Source: Chiloscyllium plagiosum (taxonomy: Eukaryota). From it: DNA of 64,000 nt. Within the stretch, counting starts at the first letter, position 1. Each line of letters opens with the position of its first letter. Both the position numbers and the translations under genes were made by a program. Location of the stretch: contig NC_057712.1 of the NCBI RefSeq assembly GCF_004010195.1, forward strand, positions 42,533,820 to 42,597,819, given 5' to 3'. Positions 11,590 through 23,154 of the stretch are shown piece after piece. The notes below the pieces were generated by a model that was given only the letters and a program-made list of their open reading frames with translations, was not told the DNA's origin and did no database searches.

Positions 11590-12230
11590 TTTACACAGAT
11601 CAGCATCAGGTTGAGAATCACTAATAAAGCATGTGGGATCATGGTATGTAACAGCATAGTGTACAAAAGCAAGGAACTTATTATAACCTGTATAAGGTGC
11701 AGGTTCCATCTCAACTAAAGTCTTGGTCCAGTTCTGGGCTCTAAACCTTAGAGATGTTGTGAAGGCAATAGGGAGAGAGCAGAAAAGATTTACGAGAATA
11801 GTTCTAGATATGCAGAACTTCAGCCACATAGCAAGAGTGGAGAAACTGGGATGGTTCTTTTTGGAGAAGAAAAGTTTGAAAGGAAGTTTGAAAAAAATTT
11901 AAATCATGAATAGCCCGGACAGGTGGGAACTATTGATGGAAGGAATGAAAATAAGAGGGCAGAGATTTTAGCCAAAGAAACAATGGTGATAATGAGGAAA
12001 ACAGTTTCACATAGCTAGTGGTTAAGATCTGGAATGCCATGCCTGACAGTCACGATTCAACCTGGCTCTACCACACTATCAAAGGAGAACTGGATCACAA
12101 TCTGAAAAGGAAAACATTTCAGGGTGACAGGAAAAAGGTAAGGAAATGGCATTAGGCAGGTTGTTTTTGTTCGATAGTTGTCATAGACATGATGGGCTGA
12201 CTGGTCTCGTCTGTGCTGTGACTATTCAAT
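11590..12230 (+). mobile_element. Old CR1 LINE 3' fragment
   Basis: Degenerate KAxGI...YKSKE, QFW and QKRFTR motifs, and CR1-type 3' UTR. Confidence 0.7.
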
Positions 12231-12719
12231 AAGTTGCAATTAAAAGCTCCTTCAACCCTAAAATGTTTGGAAAATTATAATTAGTTTTCGTTGAGGACAG
12301 GCAGACAAATCCTGTTTCTGACTGTACCAGATAAACACACAAAGACACAAACAGGATGAAGAAATAAAACTGAAGAAAATCTGCAACAAATTGAAATGCA
12401 GAAGCTTGGCATAGCTTTCAAAAGGTGTGTGGGCTTAGAAACAACTGGAAGCAGGAGTCAGCTATCCAGCCCTTTGAGCCTGTCCTGCCATTCAGTATGT
12501 TTTTGACTGATCTGCTGTGAAGTTACAGCAACTTACAGTAAACAATTTGCTTTAGCTTTATAAATTAGCACTGTACACTGGAAAATTTTCACAGCTGAAA
12601 TCAAGGGAGAATGGTAAAATAAACTAGCCTGGCCCTATTAATTTCATTTAAGGTTAAAGCTAAATAATTTTTAATTAGTTTAGAGGCTAAGATCTTTAGA
12701 GGCTAAATATCTTTTTGGG

Positions 12720-13083
12720 ATGATTATGGTATACAGGTGCTGCTGGCCAGACTTTCTGCCCATCCCTAATAACCCAGCAGGCAGTGAAGGGTTAACCACA
12801 TTGCTGGAGTCTGGAGTCACATGTAGGTCAGACCAGGTAAGGATGGCAGATTTCCCTTCCTAAAGGGCAATAGTGATCCAGGTGGGATTTAAAAAAAAAA
12901 GTCCATTTGACAACAGCGGTCAACTACTACAAATACATGATTATCACTGGTTAGTTTTTAATTCTAGATTTGTTTTTATTGAATTCAAGTTTCACCATCT
13001 GCTATGTTAGAATACAAACTCATGCCCCCAGAACATTAACATGGGATGCTAGGTTACTAGTTCAGTGACATTATCACTACACC
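12720..13083 (-). mobile_element. tRNA-derived SINE (family sharing its tail with the 17960-19400 LINE)
   Basis: Minus-strand head GGTGTAGTGATAATGTCACTG with B-box-like region; similar to 33250-33628. Confidence 0.65.
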
Positions 13084-14351
13084 TTTGAATTCAAAAAACA
13101 AAAGTTTGAATTCATTCAAAATGATTTACATTATTGACTTCACGGAATGAATTTACAAATGGATTTAATTAGAACAGAAAACTTTGTGTAAGATTGTAAG
13201 AAGAACTGAGGAATGGGAGCAGTGAAGAGGTGATGATTTGAGGTAACGATAAAGGGAATTTAGTAGTCAAGAAATGATATCTGACATTCACATCCATCTC
13301 TGTTAATGAATGCTGCAAAAAAGTTTACTTTCAAAGTAGAAAATAGGAAATTTTTAAGGAGATTGTTAACAAATCTATTAATAAAATCTCAGTACATCTC
13401 AAAGTTTTAAATTGTATAGGCAATGTCAAATGACCAGACTACTAAGATTCTATGCTACATCTTAAGGGAGGGTCACCTGAGTTGCTTGCAGTGCAGCTAA
13501 ACCAATTTCTGATCTTACAATCACTTGGCACATGTCAATTACAAGTACATAGCAACAGATGAGACATTTGTTTAATGGACTCTTTAATTGTCACCAATGT
13601 TAAGTTTTTGATAGGAACAACTGCTTTCCTTGACTCAATGGATTCACAGACTGCCATAACATTTTAAAGTCAAATTTTAAAAAATTGTAGTTACAGGAAC
13701 ACCCCACACAGAGATCATATAGCAACTGCCGATGAAAACTGTTCATTCCCTCAGTTATTTGAGCTAGAAATTATGTGGAAGATTGGAAACTGAGTAGGAA
13801 TAAAGGTCTTATATGCTAAGAGGTAGGATGTTTGTAAGATTAGCAATTGAAGTGGAATTATACAGAAATGCTAGAAATCTGAAATAGGATGAAACTGTTC
13901 AGATGCATCCATAACCTGACTTTTCTCCTTCCATGTTGATTACCTTACTATATATTACCCAAACGAGCATCTGGGCATGGGCAATCAATGCTGCCCCAGT
14001 TAACAAAGTCCGTATTTCATCAAATTTTTAAAAAAATTCTCAATTTTGAATCAATATGTTGCTTTAAATATACACAAATAGTGCATTTTTCATAATTGTC
14101 CTAAGTTTGTGAGCAGACATGTTAGATGGTGACTACCACAATGCTCCTAATACTCATCCAATTGCTGCCAGTCAGCTCAAAAGCTGACATGAGACCAAGG
14201 GTGAATATCTTGCCCCATCATAAACCTCAACACTGATCACCTGAGTCTCCAGAGGTTTCCACTGAATCAGAAGCTGGCATCTTCTGCATTCTAAAGTGTA
14301 TCATTCAAAGCTTATTCCTTGAGGGATTCAGCAGAGACAAGGAAGGTCTTT

Positions 14352-14373
14352 GGTGTGTGTGTGTATGTGTGTG
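14352..14373. repeat. (TG)n microsatellite
   Basis: ggtgtgtgtgtgtatgtgtgtg. Confidence 0.7.
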
Positions 14374-15561
14374 TTGAGTTAGGTGGGGGAGGGGGCTGTG
14401 AGTATCTCTCCAAGACCAACTCACTCCATTACCCGACTCACCACCTCTCACGCTACCTCGAGGAAGGTCCCTGCACAAAACTTTAATCAATAAAGAGAAA
14501 TAAGGCAGGAATGTCAGTAACCAGAGGACACAGGTAATTGGCAAAGGAATCAGGAAGGACGTGAACAGAGTTTGAGTTCAGGTGGTTTAGAATGCACTAC
14601 CTGAAAGAATGTTGGAAGCAGATTCAATAGGATCTGTCACAAGGGAATTGGACAGATACTTCAAAAAATAACATTTGCAAGGTTATGGGGTATAATAGGG
14701 GGAATGGAACTAACTGAAAGCTCCTTTGAAGAGCTGGCAGATATATTACAGGCCAAATGGCCTCCTCCACAACTGTTGTTTCTGCAGTCATCACTGCAGG
14801 GTTGTGAACTTCCTTACTTTATAATATTCTTCAACAGATTTTCCAAGTTCAATTTTACTTGTAAAGCTCTGTTGTATTGCTGCAAGTAGTTAATTATTTA
14901 ATGCCACAAGAAAAGGTGACTTGTCAATTTGAAAAGATTAATAAGTACAGGAGCCATTCTCTCCTACTCTGAAAGTATTAGTTCCTACTGGGATAACATT
15001 CCAAAGGTACCAGATCACCTTTGATATGGTATACCTGGCCATTTGCTTCTAACCACTGCACTATTTATAAAAGATGGTGGCATATAATCAATAAAAGCTG
15101 AAATCTTTCTTGACAAAATGTTGCAAGAATTAATATTACATATTTATAGGCAGAAATTCCAAGACGTCAGCAACATTTCATTGCTTTGATTTATACCCAC
15201 TGTTTCTTGAAATGTAGTTTCATAACCATCCAAATTTGTAGCAACTGGCACTTAGGTCAAATCTGTGTTTAGATTATTTCCAGATTAAAGCTGATTGCTA
15301 ACTGCTATCAGTTCATAAAGTCCAGGTTTAGTCATTCCTTCTACAACTTTGACATTCAAATGTGCTTGCCATATACAGTACAACTTAAGATTGGAATAAT
15401 GTTGTTTTAGTTGGAAGAATGTTGGTTATTTATTAACCGCAGTTAACTTCAGTCTCTACTTTAATCTTTAGCAACCCTAAAAGCCAAAGCTTATAGTTTC
15501 AAAGTCGCAGACATTATCACTTCGTCTCAGCCTGAGGCATAGTAAAGATTGCAGCACTCAC

Positions 15562-15636
15562 CCTGTACTTGTTCTCCCCAATCTGTTCCACCTGAAACCG
15601 CTTTGCACATTTACATTTTGCTACTTGCCGTGTCAC
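15562..15636 (-). CDS. DST: DST exon (75 nt), GAR domain start: [25 protein letters not shown]
   Basis: ttgtag|GTG ... AGG|gtgagt; CxC zinc ligands of the GAR domain. Confidence 0.96.
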
Positions 15637-15847
15637 CTACAATAAAGCACAAATGCGACAGTTATAGCAAATTGAGACTGAAAACATTTAATCACTTAAA
15701 TAATCACTGGCAGTAAAATCAAATCTATCATAAATTTAAACAAATATTATCCGATGGGTTCCTTTAAAAATCAGAAGTGGATTGACTGTCAGAAGTTCCT
15801 AAGTCCCAGAATTCAAAGCTTAGATTCAATGCATAATGATAGTTTAC

Positions 15848-16002
15848 CTCATCCTCAATTTTGTCTGCATCAGTAAGAGGCTTGTAAGCATCTTTGTTTG
15901 GATGAAGGGCTGCCACAAACTCGTAATAATCAATGTAGCCATCGCCATCTCGATCAAATATATCTGCCACTGCACTCATCTCCAGACGACTGGTGGGAAA
16001 CT
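15848..16002 (-). CDS. DST: DST exon (155 nt), EF-hand 2: (K)[28 protein letters not shown]...KIEDE
   Basis: ctgtag|AG ... GAG|gtaaac, phase 1/0. Confidence 0.97.
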
Positions 16003-16744
16003 CTACAGAACAATACAATATACACAGTCCTTTTAGTTGAATATTGTCACAATGTTCTTCTCCTGAGTTCAACCTGTCAACGTAACTAAATTACTATGTG
16101 CCAGCACAATAGATACTTTTCCATTAATTATTAACCTACTACCAGTTCAAGACTAGTAAAACCCAAGAATCTCAATGGTTAAGCACATACAGAGTTCAAT
16201 GGAGCTAGAAGGTTATGAAGTTCAATTCCCAAGCTGTGTTGAGCAGGCAGATCTCCCTCAAAGTGGCAGTGGTGCGGTAAGGATATGTCAGTATCTCTGG
16301 GCAAAGTAAAAGCAAATATACACAGGCACACTCACTTCCAAGTGTATCAGACAGCTGCTTCTAGATATTAAATATAATCATTTATGTGTTTTCTGTAAGT
16401 AAGCTATATGTGTGACTGTGTCGAGTGAAGGGAAATCAGGTTGGTTGTTAAATTTACCTTTCTGGAGAACAGCAACAAGTAGATTAGAAAAAGCAAAGCA
16501 AATTTTCATGCAAGTTTTACTCTGTAAAGATTATTGAGGTAATGATAAACTAGAATGCATCAAAACAGAGAGGGGATTAACATAAACATTCAAGGTATGA
16601 CAGAATAAGTGAATATGTTGGAAATATTCAGCTGATCAGCTAGCATCGATGGAGAGAAAGGACAAAACTATATTTCAACTGTATATACTTCATTAGAAAT
16701 AATTCCTATTCCATTTTGGTTATAGATTTTGAGTAGAGCATCAT

Positions 16745-17014
16745 GGCTTAGGGGTTCAATTCCATCCTTGGCTGATTGCGTGGAATTTTCATGTTCTCCC
16801 CATATCTGCATGGATTTCCTCCCGCAGTCCAAAGACATTCAAGTGGTTTGGCTATGCAAAACATTGCCCTGTAAAATCCAGCGACATGCAGTTTAGTGGG
16901 GTTAACCATGGGCTTACATGGGGTTTAGGGGTGGGTCTGAGTGGAATGCTGTTCAAAGGGTCAGTGAGGACTCAATGGGCCAAATGGCCTCTTTCAACAC
17001 TGTAGAGATTCTAT
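16745..17014 (+). mobile_element. Degenerate V-SINE (HE1-like)
   Basis: GGTTCAATTCC B-box, V-domain TTTCCTCCCGCAGTCCAAAGAC, CR1-like tail. Confidence 0.75.
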
Positions 17015-17371
17015 CTGCAGTTGTTTTGTTGATACATTCAACACTTCAGGAGTTATGGATAAAGTAAGCAAGAAAAAAAACTACTTCCATTGAATGACGA
17101 GGTTATTAACTAATGGCCACTGAGATTAGATCAGCAGCACAATTTGTTCTCTTCAGTCAAACGATTGCCACAGTTTGGAATATATTGCCAGCTTTGAAGA
17201 AAAATGGTATGGAATAGAACGAGAAAATGGAGATCGCTCTTTCTTCTGTTGCATAGGACACTTTAAATGTACTAGGGAAATAAATTTGTAATTGAACTGG
17301 AGTATGATTCTCAGTTCCTTGGGAAATATCCATCTTTCCATAGACATTATAACGGATTTGTAAACACTCAC

Positions 17372-17534
17372 TTGAAGAGAGGATTCCATCAATAAACTCT
17401 TGTCTTGTGATCTTCCCGTCCTGATCTTTGTCAATGCGCCTGAAGAAATCCATTACTCTGGACTTCTTGTGGTTCATCCATCGCATGTATCTCTTTCGCC
17501 AAACATCAAAATCAAAGTTGGCAAACTCTTTCAG
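17372..17534 (-). CDS. DST: DST exon (163 nt), EF-hand 1: [10 protein letters not shown]...[21 protein letters not shown]
   Basis: ttacag|CTG ... CAA|gtgagt, DxDxDG EF-hand loop, phase 0/1. Confidence 0.97.
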
Positions 17535-17959
17535 CTGTAAGGGAAGCATATCTTAAGCAAATTTTATCTTTGAAATAAAATCTCAGTGAGATCTTTTTGG
17601 ACAAGTTTCATGGAAATTCCACAAATTAGCACCTTTCCCTTCCTTCTTAAGAATAAAAATAAAATCCCATCAGCACAAATACCCTAGAAAGGCTTGAACA
17701 AGGAACAACTGGTTTGTGATACTATCAAAAATATAAACAAATTCTAGACGGAACAGGTTAACAGGTCATTTTAGAAATTCCTTAAATACTTAAGATCGAG
17801 AAGTATTTGAATTTATAATTTCACAATGAAGGAAACAGCTGGATTGCCAAATAAAGTAAGCAAGCTCAACAAAACATTTTAATTGCTCCCTTATATAAAC
17901 ATTAAAATGTTCCAGTTGCATGATTAGATAGTTTATACAAATAATTAAACCCAACTTTT

Positions 17960-19400
17960 GTTTTTAGTTCACTCGTGGAATGAGGGCATCGCTGGCTGGC
18001 CAGCATTTATTGCCTATCCCTAGTTGCTCTGGTGGTGAACTGCTTCTTGAACCGCTGCAGTCCACATGCTGTAGGTTGACCCACAATTCCTGTTTGGGAG
18101 GGAATTCCGGGATTTTGGCCCAGTGACATAGGAGGAAAGGTGATATATTTTACAAGACAGGACGACGAATGGCTTGGAGACGAATTTGTATGTGGTTTTC
18201 CCACATATCTGTTGCCCTTGTCCTTCTCGATGGAAGTGGTCATGGGTTTTGAAGGCGCTGTCTAATGATCTTTGGTGAATTTCTGCAGTACATCTTGGAG
18301 ATAGTCCACACTGCTGATACTGATCATCAGTGGTGGAGGGAGTGGATGTTTGCTGATGTGACTATCAAGCAGACTGCTCTGTCCTGCATCGTGTCAAGCT
18401 TCTTGATGGTTGTTGGAGCTGTACCCATCCAGGCAAGTGGGGAGTATTCTATCTCACTCCTGTTCCTGGTAGATAGTGGACAGAATCTTCAGGGATGGGG
18501 AAGTAGAGGAGGTTGTCAGCAGGTGACTTACTTGCCACAGTATTCCTCACCTCTGACCTGCTCTTGTAGCCACTATGTTTATGTGGTGACTCCAATTGAG
18601 TTTCTGTTCAATGGTAACCCCCAGGATGTTGATAGTGGGGGATTCAGTGATGACATCACCTTTGGATGTCAAGGGGCGGTGGTTAGATTGTCTCTTACTG
18701 GTGATGATCATTGCCTGGCATTTGTGAAGCGCAAATGTTACTTGCCATTTCTCAGCCCAAGCTTGGATACTGTCTAGATCTTGCTGAATTTGAATATGGA
18801 CTGCTTCAGTATCTGAGGAGTTGTGAATGGTGTTGAACATTGTGCAATCTTCAGAAAACATCCCCACTTCTGACCTTATAATCACTGATGAAGTAGCTGA
18901 AGATGGTTGGGCCGAGGACATGGTGATGAGGAACACCTGCAGAGATATCCTGGAACTGATAATGACTGACATCCAACAACCAAATCCAACTTCCTATTTG
19001 CCAGATATGACTCAAACCAATGGAAAGTTTGGCCCTGACACCCATTGATTCCAACTTTGCTAGGCTTCTTGACTCCACACTTGCTCAAATGCAGGCTTGA
19101 TGTCAAAGACTATCACTCTCACCTTCCCTCTGGAATTCAGCTCTTTTGTTCATGTTTGAACCAAGGCTGTAATGAGGTCAGGAGCTGAGTGGCCCTGGCA
19201 GAACCCAAACTGGGCATCACTGAGCAGATTGTTGCTAAGCAGGTGCTGCTTGATAGCACTGCTGATGGCACCTTCCTTCACGTCACTCACCAAGAATAGA
19301 CTGCCTGCAATAATTGGCTCGGTTAGACTTGGCCTGTTTTTCATGTACGGGACATACCTGGGCAATCTTCTACATTGTCAGGTAGATGCCAGTTTTAACA
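17960..19400 (-). mobile_element. CR1-superfamily LINE of a second lineage, RT to 3' end
   Basis: LLSDAQFGFxQGHSAPDLITALVQT, QQDLDSIQAWAEKWQVTF, ILGVTIEQKLNW. Confidence 0.85.
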
Positions 19401-19489
19401 GTTTAAATCTTGCAAGAGATCTGCACTTTTAAATTAGAAGAATAAAGTAATTGTTGAAAGTTAATATAAATATAAACAATGTTAATGTA

Positions 19490-19708
19490 TTAGCGATTTT
19501 TGAGAAGATTTGTAGCTCAGGTTGATGGTAAGTATCTAAGTTAGCTCGCTGAGCTGGAAGGTTTGTTTTCAGATATTTCGTCACCATGACTTGGTAACAT
19601 CATCAGCGTCTTCGCTTTAGGGGAGACTCTCACTGATGGTGTTACCTCGTCATGTGACAAAACATCTGAAAACAAACCTTCCAGCTCACTGAGCTAACTT
19701 ACATATTT
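19490..19708. mobile_element. Palindromic Penelope-type mini-element (family B) with hammerhead cores
   Basis: Inverted arms ~19537-19606 and ~19633-19701; minus-strand CTGATGA-T-GTTACCA-AGTCA-TGGTGAC-GAAA; one-sided tail shared with 57307-57477. Confidence 0.75.
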
Positions 19709-20137
19709 AATGCGAATGTACTTTGTACACAATGTTAGTTGAAGAACATTGCACATAATCTAGAAAAGCAATCCACATTCAGGATTTCTACAAGTCTCTT
19801 AAAAAAAATGAAGTGGCTCAGAAAGAAATGCTTATTTGGTAACTTCCACAAGTTTACTTTGTGGTTTATTTGATAAAATACAGAAAGGCCATCAGAAAAG
19901 GTCTCCGTAGGGCTCATTTGACAAAATCTACTGTTTATTACAACATGTAATCAGTTATTGAAGCAGCTAATTGCTTTTTTAACCACCATCTGAGAAATGA
20001 AGCAACATAAACAAACACTTTTTTACATTGTGACTGGTTAGGATTTGAAATGTACTGCCTGATAGGGTAGTGGATACAGATTCAATAGCAATCTTCAAAA
20101 GTGCACTGGATACTTTTGAAGCAAAAATGTTGCAGGG

Positions 20138-21684
20138 ACAAAGAACAAAGAAAACCTACAGCCCAGGAACAGGCCCTTCAGCCCTCCAAGTCTGAGCCGA
20201 TCCAAATGTACTGTTTAAACCTGTCGATCAATTCCTAAGCATTTGTATCCCTCTGCTCCCCACCTACTCATACATCTGTCAAGACACATCTTAAATTAAT
20301 CTACCATGCCTGCCTCTACCACCTCTGCTGGCGACGCATTACAAACACCCACCACCCTCTGTGTGAAGTATCTTGCCGCATGTATCCCTTTTAAACTTTC
20401 CACCTCTCACCTTGAAAGCATGACCTCTCGTTACTGAATCCTTCACCCTGGGAAAAAGCTTGTCTCTATCCATCCTGTCTATACCCTTCATGATTTTGTA
20501 AACCTCAATCAAGCCCCCCCTCAATCTCCTTTTTTCTAGTGAAAATAAATCTAACCTACTCAACCTCTCTTCATAGCTAGCACCTTCCATACCAGGCAAC
20601 ATCCTCATATACCTTCTCTGCAACCTCTCCAAAGTGTCCACACCCTTTTGGTAATGTGGCGACCAGAACTGTACACATTATTCTAAATGCAGCCGAACCA
20701 ACGTCTTGTACAATTTTAACATGACTTGCCCTTCAGGGTACAATGGACCTGCACTCCCAGATCTCTCTGCCCATCAACTTTTCCCAAGGCTCTTCCGTTC
20801 ATTGTATAATTCGCTCTAGAATTAGTCTTGCCTAAATGCATCACCTCACATTTGTCTGGATTGAAAGCCCTCTGCCACTTTCCCGCCCAACTCTCCAGTC
20901 TATCTATATCCTCCTGTATTCTCTGATAGTCCTTTATGCTTTCTGCTACTCCCCCAATCTTTGTGTCATCTGCAAACTTGCTGATCATACCAACAGTGCC
21001 CTCTTCTAGATCATTTATGTATATTACAAACAACACTGGCCCCAATACTGACCCCTGTGGAATATCACTGGTCAACCTTTCTCCATTTTGAGAAACTCCC
21101 TTCAACTACTACTCTCTGTCTCCTGTTGCTCAACCAGTCTATCCACCTAGCTAGAACATCGTGCACACCATGTGACTTCATTTTCTCCATTAGTCTACGA
21201 TGGGGAACCTTATCAAATGCCTTACTAAAGTCCATGTATATGACATCAACAGCCCTTCCTTCACCTATCAACTTGGTCACTTCCTCGAAGAACTCTATTA
21301 AGTTGGCAAGGCACGATCTCCCCCGCACAAAACCATGTTGTCTATCATTGATAAGCTCATTCTTTTCTAAATATAAATAGATCCTATCTCTCAGTACCCT
21401 CTCCAGCAACTTCCCCACCACCGACATCAGGATCAGTGGTCTGTAGTTACCCGGAATATCCCTACTAACCTTCTTGTACAGGTGGCCAACATGTGCAACC
21501 CTCCAGTCCTCCGACACCTCACCTGTACTTAAGGATGCTACAAAGATATCTGTCAAGGCCTCAGCTATTTCCTCTCTCGCCTCCCTCAGCAACCTGGGAT
21601 AGATCCCACCCGGTCCTGGGGATCTGTCCACCTTAATAACCTCTAGCATACCCAACACAACTTCTCTACTTATGCCAACTTGAC
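20138..21684 (-). mobile_element. CR1 LINE, 5'-truncated (RT to 3' end)
   Basis: SPGPGGIYPRLL, QHGFVRGRSCLANL, YMDFSKAFDKVPH, PQGSVLGP, FADDTK. Confidence 0.95.
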
Positions 21685-21961
21685 AAAATATGTGACAAAA
21701 GCAGAGATTAAAACTCACTAGAATGCTCTTCAGTGTAGATTTGAAGGGATGAATGGCCTTCCTCTGTGCTATTGTAATTTATGATTCTATAATGCCTCTT
21801 TCATTTTCAAAAGTCTGATTTTCATTGAAGTAGTTATCAGCAATTGTATTCCTTTGTCAAAATAAAATCCTCAGTTCAATTTTATTCCATTTGAGAGAAT
21901 ACAGGCTTAAGAGGAATTTACTGGTTGTCATTTCATTCATTACAAGTCTTAAAACATTTAC

Positions 21962-22122
21962 CTCTTCCAGTCTATCAAGTGCGTCATTGAGTTTCCGTCG
22001 TCTGTCCAGAGCCAACAACCAGACTTGCTGCCACTTACTGACGAGTAGGTTAGCACGTGGATTTTTAGTCTCAATGGTTTGTGTTGCAGGTGAATACAGA
22101 GCCCTTGCTGGCAGTCTTTTCC
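21962..22122 (-). CDS. DST: DST exon (161 nt): (R)[22 protein letters not shown]...[10 protein letters not shown]
   Basis: catag|GG ... GAG|gtaaat, phase 1/0. Confidence 0.95.
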
Positions 22123-23154
22123 CTATGATAGAGACCACACCAAAGACTGTTAATATAGTTGAACGGAGGGATAATTCAATTTGGATCTGGCTTGCTGCGT
22201 AAATATACAAATTTACTTCAGTTCTCCAACATAATCACAGACCCCCATCTCAGAAGATATCAAATTTATCAGACAGGAGTCAAACAAAATTAAACATCAA
22301 AAGAGTAGAGCAGCACCAAAACAAACACAACAATTCTACAAAATCACATCTGGCCAAATTGTAAGTTTCCTTTCAAAAGTAATTATTTTTTTAAAAATTT
22401 ACATGTGATAAAAATGATTGACTGTTGAAGCTCTGAATGGGGATAGAACAAACCAATATTGAACTAATATACTTCTGTAGGGAGCTTTTAACATGAAACA
22501 GAAAGAGTCTCTATTGAAAATAAATACAGTTTATATTAGACTTGAAACATTAACTCTAAGCTTCTGTCCAGAAGCTATCAGACTGGCTAAGTTTCTCCAG
22601 TCTGTTTTTATTCCAGGTCTCTAGCATTTGCAGTATTTTGCTATTGTATACAGTTCATTTGTGCATTTCATATAATTCTTAAAGCTATCTGGAATGTACA
22701 ATCCAAGTAATAATAAAGGCTTTATCAACAAAGGGTTCATCTATGCAACATTTGGTGCAACATGGCAGCGGAGTAACAGGGCTGCGCACAAGCACTTGCC
22801 CAGAGCAAATCTGGTCCCATCTGCTTTTCTTCTTTGTTTTACTTTTGCCTCTGCTCTTTTCTTTCACTCTATTTTCCTTCTCTTTTGGTATTCTTTTTCT
22901 TCTATTCTGTGGGGGGTTTGTTTGGCAGCATCAGTGTGGCAGCGAGGGTGGCTGCATGCCGAGTCGCGGACGTGGCTTCTCCTGGCAATATGAGACTACG
23001 GCAGTGAGGATGTTCAGGGTGGACCACAGAGGCACCAAAGCTCCTCCCGTGATCTGGGATGGCGATGCAGGCGGCCTCTTCAAGATGGCGCCAATCAAGG
23101 TGACATCTACAGCCGAAGCGGGACTCTTGGCCTGGCAGTGGAACCAAGGACACA

